A stretch of 64,000 nt of DNA from Acidimicrobiia bacterium (GTDB lineage Bacteria > Actinomycetota > Acidimicrobiia > Spongiisociales > UBA5794). Within the stretch, counting starts at the first letter, position 1. Every line of letters starts with the position of its first letter. Positions 36,363-44,221 of the stretch are shown here, piece after piece. Location of the stretch: contig DATHUV010000143.1 in NCBI GenBank assembly GCA_035461905.1, forward strand, positions 1,587-65,586, written 5' to 3'. Below the pieces are notes generated by a model. That model was not told the DNA's origin. It saw only the letters and a list, made by a program, of their open reading frames with translations, and made no database searches. Made by a program: the position numbers and the translations under genes.

Positions 36363-36980
36363 ATGACAACGGACAACGTAATGACGGACGACGTAGCATC
36401 GGACACGATGTCCCTCACACGGTCGGTGGACGGCAAGGAAGTGCCTGCAGTCGGCACGTGGACGCTCGATCCCACGCACACGCAGGCCGAATTCATCGCA
36501 CGGCACCTCATGGTGACAAAGGTACGCGGAGGCTTCCAGGAGCTCGCAGGCACGATCGTGGTCGCAGAAGATCCCCGTGACTCGAAGGTCGAAGTCGTTC
36601 TCAACGTGGCTTCGGTGACATCGGGGACCGAGGATCGCGACGCACACCTCAAGTCCGCCGACTTCTTCGATGCCGAGACCTACCCGGAGATCCGGTTCGT
36701 TTCCACCAAGGTCGAGCCCAGTGGATCGGGCAGGGGCGCTGCCTGGAAGCTCACGGGAGAACTCACAATCAAGGACGTCACGAAGCCCGTGACCCTCAAC
36801 TTCGACTTCATGGGAATCACGAATGACCCCTGGGGCAACGCGAAGGCCGCGTTCTCGGCGTCCACCGAGGTCGCTCGTGAGGACTGGGGACTCACCTGGA
36901 ACGTCGCCCTCGAGGGTGGTGGCGTGCTCGTCTCCAAGACGGTCAAGCTCGAGATCGAGGCTCAGGCCACACTCGGCTGA
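36363..36980 (+). CDS. YceI family periplasmic/lipid-binding protein
   Basis: Track ORF trimmed to ATG 36363 (GGAGG 5-6 nt upstream; alternative ATG at 36351). Motifs seen: WTLDPTHTQAEFIARHLMVTKVRGGF, RDAHLKSADFFDAETYPEIRF, LTIKDVTKPV. Confidence 0.85.
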   Translation: MTTDNVMTDDVASDTMSLTRSVDGKEVPAVGTWTLDPTHTQAEFIARHLMVTKVRGGFQELAGTIVVAEDPRDSKVEVVLNVASVTSGTEDRDAHLKSADFFDAETYPEIRFVSTKVEPSGSGRGAAWKLTGELTIKDVTKPVTLNFDFMGITNDPWGNAKAAFSASTEVAREDWGLTWNVALEGGGVLVSKTVKLEIEAQATLG

Positions 36981-37038
36981 TCGGTCCCGCCAGCAGACGA
37001 GGAATCGAAGGATCTGGCCGTCCGGTTCTGCCGGGCGG

Positions 37039-37356
37039 TCAGATCCTCTTCTCGTCCGTCATCAGCTCCCAGAACTCGATCTCGCTCTCGATGGTGACGT
37101 CGCGCAGTTGGGCGCTCACGTCCTCGAGTCCCTCCACGCGAACGCGGTCGTCCCGGTATGGCGTCACGAGCGCGTCGTCCGTCCACTCCATCACGACCGT
37201 GTTGCGGGCCCCCGGCGTCGTGCCGCTGTTGAAGTAGACACGGCTGGGGCCGCGGGTTCCCGCCGCCTCGTAGGCCTTGCCTATGTCGCTGATCAGGGTC
37301 GCTGCGCGGCGTGCCTCGCCTGGTTTGGTCGTGTAGATGCGGCGAACGACGTACAT
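37039..37356 (-). CDS. Hypothetical protein (small alpha+beta protein)
   Basis: 105 aa, MYVVRRIYTTKPGEARRAATLISDIGKAYEAAG... Codon bias is good. No family recognised; a ferredoxin-like fold is only suspected. Confidence 0.5.
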   Translation of the reverse strand: MYVVRRIYTTKPGEARRAATLISDIGKAYEAAGTRGPSRVYFNSGTTPGARNTVVMEWTDDALVTPYRDDRVRVEGLEDVSAQLRDVTIESEIEFWELMTDEKRI

Positions 37357-37420
37357 GGTTCCTCCGGGTTCGTGTGTTCGACTCGTGATGTGACGCTAGC
37401 GCGTGGCGCGCAGGCCTCGG

Positions 37421-37894
37421 TCATGCGTGGTGGGCGACCTGAAGGTCGAGAACCTGGCTCCAGGCGCTCTCGAAATACGCGAGGTAGGCGTCCCAATCGT
37501 CACCATCGAGGAAGCCTGTGTGGACGAGGCGTACGTCGGTGTGGCCATCGCCACCATCGGAGAAGGTGATGACCACCCATGTGTTGACCGGGCGAAGGGC
37601 CAAGTGCGGTGGCGCATTCCAGGTGAACGAAACCATCTCTCCCGGCACGTACGCCAGGAAGCGGCACCCTTCGCTTCCCCGGGCCCCCGGTGGCGCATCC
37701 GGGTCGAAGAACAACTCGATGGGTCCACCGACACGCAGTTCGATGTTCGTCCTCGGTACGGGCCACCACGCGGTGAGCGAGTCCGACGATGTCCAGTCGC
37801 GCCATGCTGACAGCGGATCGGTCCCCACTGTGCGCTCCACCACGAGCGCGCGGATGCCTTCCCCGGTTCCGTGAATGGTCGACGTGTCGAACAC
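37421..37894 (-). CDS. SRPBCC protein, AHSA1 (Aha1-like) subfamily
   Basis: 157 aa. Motifs seen: LTAWWPVPRTNIELRVGGPIELFF, VSFTWNAP, DVRLVHTGF. Confidence 0.75.
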   Translation of the reverse strand: MFDTSTIHGTGEGIRALVVERTVGTDPLSAWRDWTSSDSLTAWWPVPRTNIELRVGGPIELFFDPDAPPGARGSEGCRFLAYVPGEMVSFTWNAPPHLALRPVNTWVVITFSDGGDGHTDVRLVHTGFLDGDDWDAYLAYFESAWSQVLDLQVAHHA

Positions 37895-37967
37895 GATGCG
37901 CTCCTTTCAACGGCTTCGTGGGACACTACTCCACGGAAGGGGCGGGATCCGGCGACCGGGAGTGGGA

Positions 37968-38522
37968 ATGAGGCGACTCAGCGCGTGGTACCTGCGAATC
38001 CGTGGATGGACGTTCGAGGGCGGACTCCCTGACGAGCCACGCTTCATCGTCGTCGCGTATCCCCACACGACCAACTGGGACTTCTTCATGTTCCTGGCGG
38101 CCCTGTCGCACTTCGACCTCGACGCCCGGTTCCTCGGAGCCAGGGGCCTGTTCGTGGGGCCATTCGGTTGGTACCTGCGGCACATGGGAGGCATTCCCGT
38201 CGATCCCGCTACGCCAGGTGACTCCGTGAGGGCTGCCGTCCATGCATTCGATGAGGGTGGGCCGATGGTTCTCGTTCTCGCACCTGAGGGCACCCGGGCG
38301 AGAACCTCGCGGTGGCGGACAGGGTTCGCGCGAATCGCCGATGCGGTCGACGTCCCTGTCGTCATGGCGTACATCGACGGACCCACCAAGCGGATCGGCC
38401 TCGGCCCTGCGGTGCGCGTCGCGGGGGACCCTGATGCGTGGATGGACACGGCGAGGGGGTTCTACGCCGACAAGCACGGGCTCAAACCCGAGAACCGCGG
38501 ACCCGTGTCGTTCGAGGCGTGA
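37968..38522 (+). CDS. 1-acyl-sn-glycerol-3-phosphate acyltransferase-like protein
   Basis: Track ORF trimmed to ATG 37968. It has the HX4D motif (YPHTTNWD) and an APEGTR motif. 184 aa. Confidence 0.7.
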   Translation: MRRLSAWYLRIRGWTFEGGLPDEPRFIVVAYPHTTNWDFFMFLAALSHFDLDARFLGARGLFVGPFGWYLRHMGGIPVDPATPGDSVRAAVHAFDEGGPMVLVLAPEGTRARTSRWRTGFARIADAVDVPVVMAYIDGPTKRIGLGPAVRVAGDPDAWMDTARGFYADKHGLKPENRGPVSFEA

Positions 38523-38528
38523 CGTTCG

Positions 38529-39005
38529 TCAGGCTTCGTCGACGCCCCTCTCCGGCTCTGCAACCGGCGGCCGGTCGCTCCAGGGGAAGTTGATCCACAG
38601 ATGGGTACGGCGCCAGACGTAGTCGCATTTCACGACCGAATGGGGTTTCTGGTAGATGACGGCCGTGCGCACCTCGGCCACCTTGCCCTCGCAGAATCGG
38701 CTCACGCTCTCGAGTGTGTGCCCCGTGTCCGCGACGTCATCGGCGATGAGGATGCTCTTGTCGTGGAGATCCACGAAGTCGGGTGCCGGCGGAAGGATTC
38801 GGGGCACCTCGAGGCGTTGGTCGACTCCGATGTAGAACTCGACGTTCATCGTGTAGGTGTTCTTGACGGACAGCGCATACCCGAGTGCCCCGCCGATGAG
38901 GAGCCCGCCGCGGGCGATCGAAAGGATCATGTCGGGCCTGAACCCGTCGTCCGCGATCATCTGGGCCAGCTCCCTGCTCGCCCGTCCGAAGGCTTCCCAC
39001 GTCAT
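38529..39005 (-). CDS. Phosphoribosyltransferase, Gpt/purine-PRT-like
   Basis: Track ORF 38529..39374 trimmed to MTWEAFGRASRELA. PRPP motif SILIADDVADTGHTL. Size (158 aa) and layout resemble E. coli Gpt. Confidence 0.8.
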   Translation of the reverse strand: MTWEAFGRASRELAQMIADDGFRPDMILSIARGGLLIGGALGYALSVKNTYTMNVEFYIGVDQRLEVPRILPPAPDFVDLHDKSILIADDVADTGHTLESVSRFCEGKVAEVRTAVIYQKPHSVVKCDYVWRRTHLWINFPWSDRPPVAEPERGVDEA

Positions 39006-39084
39006 GATCTCGCGTTCATCACGCACGTTCGTCGACACTAGTGCCCTGTCACGGGACCGACTATTCCCAGCGTCGCCGGAGCGT

Positions 39085-39264
39085 TCAGGGTGATCGGTTT
39101 CGTGTGGTGTAGGTTCGTCCGGTTTGGTGGTCCATTGGGGTTGCCCGTTGGGGAGGCGCTGGTAGGTCCAGTTGGATCGGTGTCGGATGCGGTGGCAGTG
39201 CCGACACAGGGGTGTCAACCCATGCCACCTCCGGGCCACCCGACCCGAACGGCACCTCCCACGG
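39085..39264 (-). pseudogene. Frameshifted C-terminal remnant of a DUF222-type HNH endonuclease
   Basis: The remnant is spread over two minus-strand frames. One frame reads PFGSGGPEV.., the other reads GLTPLCRHCHRIRHRSNWTYQRLPNGQPQWTT, and the first frame then resumes with TGRTYTTRNRSP*. Together these follow the HNH tail ..GGPT..N..LC..CHR.KH..W......G..WT.PTGRTYTT, with at least 2 frameshifts. Confidence 0.55.
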
Positions 39265-39354
39265 ATCAACCGAAACAGGATCAACCGAAACAGCATCAAC
39301 CGAAACAGCATCAACCAAATCAGTGTCCATCGATACCGAGTCGACCGAAACAGG
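39265..39354. repeat. 15-nt tandem repeat, about 6 units (3 near-perfect, 3 degenerate)
   Basis: Plus-strand units from 39265: ATCAACCGAAACAGG, ATCAACCGAAACAGC, ATCAACCGAAACAGC, ATCAACCAAATCAGT, GTCCATCGATACCGA, GTCGACCGAAACAGG. On the minus strand they read as D-x-V-S-V pentapeptides in frame with the HNH remnant. Confidence 0.85.
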
Positions 39355-39518
39355 GTCGATCCCGGCCTGACCATCCGCGGTGTTTCTCAATCCGAGCATG
39401 CCTCATGATCTCAGCCCGGTATGACACATTCCGGACAACGGCATCCCGGTCCTGAAGCGACCGGTTGGGGGGGTGACGATCCCGCGCAATCCCGGAGCCA
39501 GCGGCTAGGATCGAACAC

Positions 39519-41570
39519 ATGTTCGACACATCGACAGAGGCTCCCTCGTATCTCGAGGGGTTGAACGAGGACCAACGCACGGCTGTCCTGCACGGACCGG
39601 GTCCGCTCCTGATCGTCGCCGGAGCCGGAACCGGCAAGACGCGGACCCTTGCCGCTCGGGTCGCCCACCTCATCGAGACGGGTACACCCGCCGAGCGCAT
39701 CATGCTCCTGACATTCACGCGCCGTGCGGCCGCAGAGATGGTTCGGCGCGCAGACGCCGCAGTCGATGGTGCCGACGCCTCGCCGGTGTGGGGAGGGACG
39801 TTCCATGCCACGGCGCATCGCCTCCTTCGAAGGTACGGAAGGGCTGTCGGGCTCGACGAGGGGTTCACGGTCCTCGACCGAGCGGACGTCGAATCGCTCT
39901 TCGGCATGGTTCGCACGGATCTCGGTCATGGACGGTCGCGGGTGCGGTTCCCGCGAAAGGAGACGATCGCGTCCATCTACTCGCGCGTTGTCAACGCACA
40001 GACGCCGCTGGGCGACACGCTCGAGGAACGTTTCCCGTGGTGCTCGGAACACGGGGACGACCTCAAGGAGATCTTCCGCGAGTTCACGAGGCGCAAGCAG
40101 GCGACCAACGTCGTCGACTACGACGACCTGCTCGTGTATTGGCGTGGGCTCATGGCGTCGGGGGCCGGCGAAGCCGTCCGGTCCGACTTCGATCACGTCC
40201 TCGTCGACGAGTATCAGGACACGAATCAGATCCAGGCAGACATCCTCTTCGACCTCTGCGGTGCCGAGGGGAACCTCTCGGTGGTAGGGGACGATGCGCA
40301 ATCCATCTACTCGTTCCGGGCGGCGAGGGTGGAGAACATCCTCGGCTTCGCGGATCGCTACCCCGGCGCCACGGTCGTCAGCCTCGAGCGCAACTATCGC
40401 TCGACTCCCCAGATCCTCGACGTGTCGAACGCGATCATCGCCGCTTCCGAGACGGCATTCGACAAGGAGTTGTGGACGGAGCGTCCCATCGGCGCATACC
40501 CCGAGCTCATCACGTGCTTCGACGAGGCGGCCCAGGCCGACTGGGTTTGCGACAGGGTGCTCGAGCTACGGGAGCGGGGCATCGCGCTCAGGGATCAGGC
40601 CGTCCTCTTCCGGACCGGCCACCACTCGGGTGGGCTGGAGCTCGAACTCGGTCGAAGGCACATCCCGTTCGTGAAGTTCGGCGGCCTGACGTTCATGGAG
40701 TCCGCACACGTGAAGGACCTGCTGGCGATGCTGCGGATCATCGACAATCCGCGGGACGAGCTCGCATGGAACCGCGTTCTTCTCTCGATGCCCGGAGTCG
40801 GGCCAGCGACCGCTACGAAGATCATGACGCACCTCGGAGAGGTGGCGGCCTCCGCCGACGACCTCTCGATACTCGACGCGTTCCTGACCTACGACGTTCC
40901 GGTGTCGCTCGAGACACGCGAGGTGATCGGCCTGCTCCGTACGGGACTCACCGATGCGCGCGGAACGGGCTCAGAGCCCTCGCCGGCGGAGCAGATCGAC
41001 GCCCTCACTCCGTTCTGCGCTGCGGTGTTCCCCATCTCGTACGAGGACGCTGCGGCCCGAATGGCCGACATCGAGCACCTCGCCGCGCTCGGGGCGGGCT
41101 ACCCCGACCGCTCCCGGTTCCTCGCCGAGATCACCCTCGATCCCCCGGCGAGCTCCAGCGGATACGCCGACGCTCCCCACCTCGACGACGACTACCTCGT
41201 GCTCTCGACCATCCACTCCGCCAAAGGTGGTGAGTGGAGCGCGGTCACCGTGATCCACGCTGCCGACGGCAACATCCCATCGGACATGGCGCTCGGCGAG
41301 CCCGGCGGTCTCGAGGAGGAACGGCGTCTCCTGTATGTCGCGTTGACACGGGCGAAGGATCATCTCGCCGTGACGGTGCCACAGCGCTTCTACCACCATC
41401 GCCGGTCGATGAACGGAGCGCACACGTATGCGCTCGCAAGCCGATTCCTCGACGCCGCCTCCGGTCTCTTCGAGACGGCTTCGTTCGGCGCACCCTCCCG
41501 ATCCGAGTCAGCTGCATGGTCCGGGCAGGGAACGGACGTCATCGAGAGGCTCTCGGCGCTGTGGGAGTGA
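39519..41570 (+). CDS. UvrD/PcrA/Rep-family ATP-dependent DNA helicase
   Basis: 683 aa. LNEDQRTAV, Walker A AGAGTGKT, DEYQDT, and later helicase motifs (VGDDAQSIYSFRAA, TIHSAKGGEW, LYVALTRAK). Confidence 0.9.
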   Translation: MFDTSTEAPSYLEGLNEDQRTAVLHGPGPLLIVAGAGTGKTRTLAARVAHLIETGTPAERIMLLTFTRRAAAEMVRRADAAVDGADASPVWGGTFHATAHRLLRRYGRAVGLDEGFTVLDRADVESLFGMVRTDLGHGRSRVRFPRKETIASIYSRVVNAQTPLGDTLEERFPWCSEHGDDLKEIFREFTRRKQATNVVDYDDLLVYWRGLMASGAGEAVRSDFDHVLVDEYQDTNQIQADILFDLCGAEGNLSVVGDDAQSIYSFRAARVENILGFADRYPGATVVSLERNYRSTPQILDVSNAIIAASETAFDKELWTERPIGAYPELITCFDEAAQADWVCDRVLELRERGIALRDQAVLFRTGHHSGGLELELGRRHIPFVKFGGLTFMESAHVKDLLAMLRIIDNPRDELAWNRVLLSMPGVGPATATKIMTHLGEVAASADDLSILDAFLTYDVPVSLETREVIGLLRTGLTDARGTGSEPSPAEQIDALTPFCAAVFPISYEDAAARMADIEHLAALGAGYPDRSRFLAEITLDPPASSSGYADAPHLDDDYLVLSTIHSAKGGEWSAVTVIHAADGNIPSDMALGEPGGLEEERRLLYVALTRAKDHLAVTVPQRFYHHRRSMNGAHTYALASRFLDAASGLFETASFGAPSRSESAAWSGQGTDVIERLSALWE

Positions 41571-41681
41571 TCAGCCGCGCCTGAGGGTGCCCGACCCGCT
41601 GATGCGCCGGGGTCAGGAGTACGGGACGAGCGCCCCACGCATGACCCGGGGTCGACCACCGTCATCAGATATGCTGCTCCC

Positions 41682-42164
41682 GTGCCTGACAAGCTGCGAT
41701 ACGAGATCGACCTATCGGATCCAGTTCCAAGTGTCGCGTCAAACGGTGACCTCCGAGTCAGAACCGTTGCCCCGGCCGATCTCGACGGCCTCGCCAGGCT
41801 CATGCTCGATGCGTACGTCGGCACCATCGACTACGACGACGAGGGCATCGAGGACGCCATGGAGGAGGTCCGATCGTTCATCGATGATGATGACGCGCTG
41901 CTCGACAGGTCCTACGTCGTTGAAGAGGACGGAGAGATCATCTCCGCCGTCCTCGTTTCCATGTCGCATGGTCGACCCTTCATCGGCTACGTGATGACCC
42001 TCCCGTCACACAAGAACCGGGGACTGGCACGGTTCGTGATCACACATGCCCTCTCGCAGCTCGCCGATGATGGCCACGACCGCGTCGTCCTCTACATCAC
42101 CGACGGGAACATTCCGTCCGAAAAGGTCTTTCGCTCTCTCGGTGCGGTTCACGTTCCCTCCTGA
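41682..42164 (+). CDS. GNAT family N-acetyltransferase
   Basis: 160 aa, GTG start. VMTLPSHKNRGLARFVI is the acetyl-CoA-binding motif. Confidence 0.75.
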   Translation: MPDKLRYEIDLSDPVPSVASNGDLRVRTVAPADLDGLARLMLDAYVGTIDYDDEGIEDAMEEVRSFIDDDDALLDRSYVVEEDGEIISAVLVSMSHGRPFIGYVMTLPSHKNRGLARFVITHALSQLADDGHDRVVLYITDGNIPSEKVFRSLGAVHVPS

Positions 42165-42243
42165 CAGCCGCTCGAGGTCGACCAATCCGAGTGGCAAGGA
42201 GGGGCACGTGCGTGAGGTCGCCGCGTCGTACCGCCGGCGTGGC

Positions 42244-43257
42244 TCAGCGGCGAAGGTCGCCGAGGAGGTCATCGAACCACGACCGCGAGGCGTCGAGGCA
42301 CCGCCGGCTCGCCGGTTCCCAGTCGACGAACGCCGGCCACACGTGCATCATCTCGGGCTCGACCACGAGCGTCAGATCGACGCCGTCTCGTCTGGCGTTC
42401 TCCGCGAACCTGAGGCTGTCCCCGAGGAGCATCTCGGCGCCACCCGCGAACACCAGCATCGGTGGGAATCCCGTCAGATCAGCGTGGATCGGTGACACCT
42501 CGGGGATCCTCAACTCATCGGTGGTCGCGTACCAATGGTTCGGTGTCGAGAGCTCCGAAACGGGCAGATAGTCGGTCCGGGCGTTGGTCGCGATCGTGTA
42601 GTCGCCGTGCTCGAGGTCGAGGTACGGCGAGAACAGCATGGCTCCCGCAGGCATCGGCGCGCCCGTCGCACGGATCCGGTGAAGCAGAGCGACGGCGAGG
42701 CCGCCGCCGGCCGAGTCGCCCGCCACGACGATCGACTTGGGATCGATGCCGGCGGCGATGAGGGCCTCGTAGGACTCGATCGCATCATCGACCGCGGCAG
42801 GGAATCGGTACAGGGGAGCCAAGCGGTAGCGCGGGGCGATCGCTCCCGTCTGGATCGCATGGACGAGCCTCGCGATGAACTGGCGGTGGGTTCCTGGATT
42901 CCCGAACGCGTACCCGCCGCCGTGGAAGTAGAGGATCGTCGTTCTCGCGACGAACACGTCGGTCGGCAGGTAGCGATCGGCCACGATCGTACCGACCTTG
43001 ACCCTGCGGACGTCGACTCGCTTGAGCAGGTTCAGGGGTACCGGGATGGAGGCTCGCAGCCCCCACTGGAACAGGCGCTTGTCGTCCCGCTTCCTTGCTG
43101 CCACCGAGATGACCTCGCGAGCGAAGGCAACCGCCCACTCGGTTCGCCACGTCCACGAAGGGAGCGTCGGGCCGAGGAGGAGCCTGCGGATCGTGACCCT
43201 GGCAACGGCCAACCATCCGAGGGTCCACATGACGACGAGGGCGGCGAGGGTGCTCAC
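42244..43257 (-). CDS. Alpha/beta hydrolase, HSL/Aes-type esterase-lipase
   Basis: 337 aa. Oxyanion HGGG motif (LYFHGGGY) and nucleophile elbow GDSAGG. N-terminal hydrophobic segment. Confidence 0.85.
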   Translation of the reverse strand: MSTLAALVVMWTLGWLAVARVTIRRLLLGPTLPSWTWRTEWAVAFAREVISVAARKRDDKRLFQWGLRASIPVPLNLLKRVDVRRVKVGTIVADRYLPTDVFVARTTILYFHGGGYAFGNPGTHRQFIARLVHAIQTGAIAPRYRLAPLYRFPAAVDDAIESYEALIAAGIDPKSIVVAGDSAGGGLAVALLHRIRATGAPMPAGAMLFSPYLDLEHGDYTIATNARTDYLPVSELSTPNHWYATTDELRIPEVSPIHADLTGFPPMLVFAGGAEMLLGDSLRFAENARRDGVDLTLVVEPEMMHVWPAFVDWEPASRRCLDASRSWFDDLLGDLRR

Positions 43258-43349
43258 GGTTCGACGCTACCCACCGTGGGCCTGGTACCCGCCGACCGTA
43301 GTCCCCGACCCGCTACCGCCCGACCGCACACCAGGCGACAGAGATGGGG

Positions 43350-44120
43350 TCAGTTGCGCACCTTGCTGATCAGGCGGAGGATCTCGATGTACATCCAGAT
43401 GATCGTCACCATGAGGCCGAACGCCCCGTACCACTCGAGGCTCCTGGGTGCCCCTGCTTGCACGCCGCGTTCGATCATGTCGAAGTCGAGCATGAGATTG
43501 AAGGCAGCAATCACCACGACGAATGCGCTGAAGAGGATCCCGACCGGGCCGCTGTCCCACACGAGCGGCACGCCGACGCCAAAGAGCGAAAGCAGGATGC
43601 TTGCGAGGTAGAAGAGCGCGATGCCGACCGTCGCCCCGATGACGACGCCGCGGAGGCGATTTGTGACACGGATGGTGCGGGTCACGAACAGCACGAGCAT
43701 GCCGAGGAAGACCGCCACCGTGGCCATGATCGCCTGGAGCACGATCCCCTCGAACTCGGCGTCGTAGATGTGGCTGATCGTGCCGACGAGAGCTCCCATC
43801 GCAACGGCATAGATCGGGCCGGTGACAATCGCGAGCTTCGGCCTGAATGCGGTGACGATCGCGAGTACGAACGCACCCAGCACCAGGAGGAGCCACCAGC
43901 CAGGTATGGACACCTCCCCCGCAGCGGGGTCGACGAGACCCCATCCCCACGCTCCTGCGGCGATCACCAGCGCGAGCAGCACACCCGTGCGTGCCGCAGT
44001 GCCGCTGATCGTCATGGTCTCGGTGTCCGAGACGAAGGGAGACGCCGGAGCGGTGGCCAGCGATGCGTCTGTCACTGCCGCGTACTCGCCGAACTGCTTG
44101 CTCAGGGTTGGGTTCGCCAT
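43350..44120 (-). CDS. Bax-inhibitor-1/YccA family membrane protein
   Basis: Track ORF trimmed to MANPTLSKQF (GAGGAGG upstream). Seven hydrophobic helices. The C-terminal FGLMVTIIWMYIEILRLI pattern is typical of the family. Confidence 0.8.
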   Translation of the reverse strand: MANPTLSKQFGEYAAVTDASLATAPASPFVSDTETMTISGTAARTGVLLALVIAAGAWGWGLVDPAAGEVSIPGWWLLLVLGAFVLAIVTAFRPKLAIVTGPIYAVAMGALVGTISHIYDAEFEGIVLQAIMATVAVFLGMLVLFVTRTIRVTNRLRGVVIGATVGIALFYLASILLSLFGVGVPLVWDSGPVGILFSAFVVVIAAFNLMLDFDMIERGVQAGAPRSLEWYGAFGLMVTIIWMYIEILRLISKVRN

Positions 44121-44221
44121 GATCCTCCTCGATCCGCGAGATGATACCGAAGCCTGGATCCACCGATCTGATCCATGGGAAACGCCTCCATCCCTGCGCA
44201 CAGCCGTCTAGCCTCGCGATC

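Noticed and set aside
39265-39354. Possible CRISPR array
   Set aside because: The units are 15 nt, directly abutting with no spacers, and degenerate toward one end. This is a tandem minisatellite, and no cas genes are present.
38529-41570. PRTase + HNH + UvrD-like helicase as a phage-defence island (retron/PRTase-effector-like)
   Set aside because: The PRTase has the size and motifs of housekeeping Gpt-type enzymes. The HNH is a decayed fragment. The helicase is a standard UvrD/PcrA type on the opposite strand. No reverse transcriptase, ncRNA-like structure or other effector is present.
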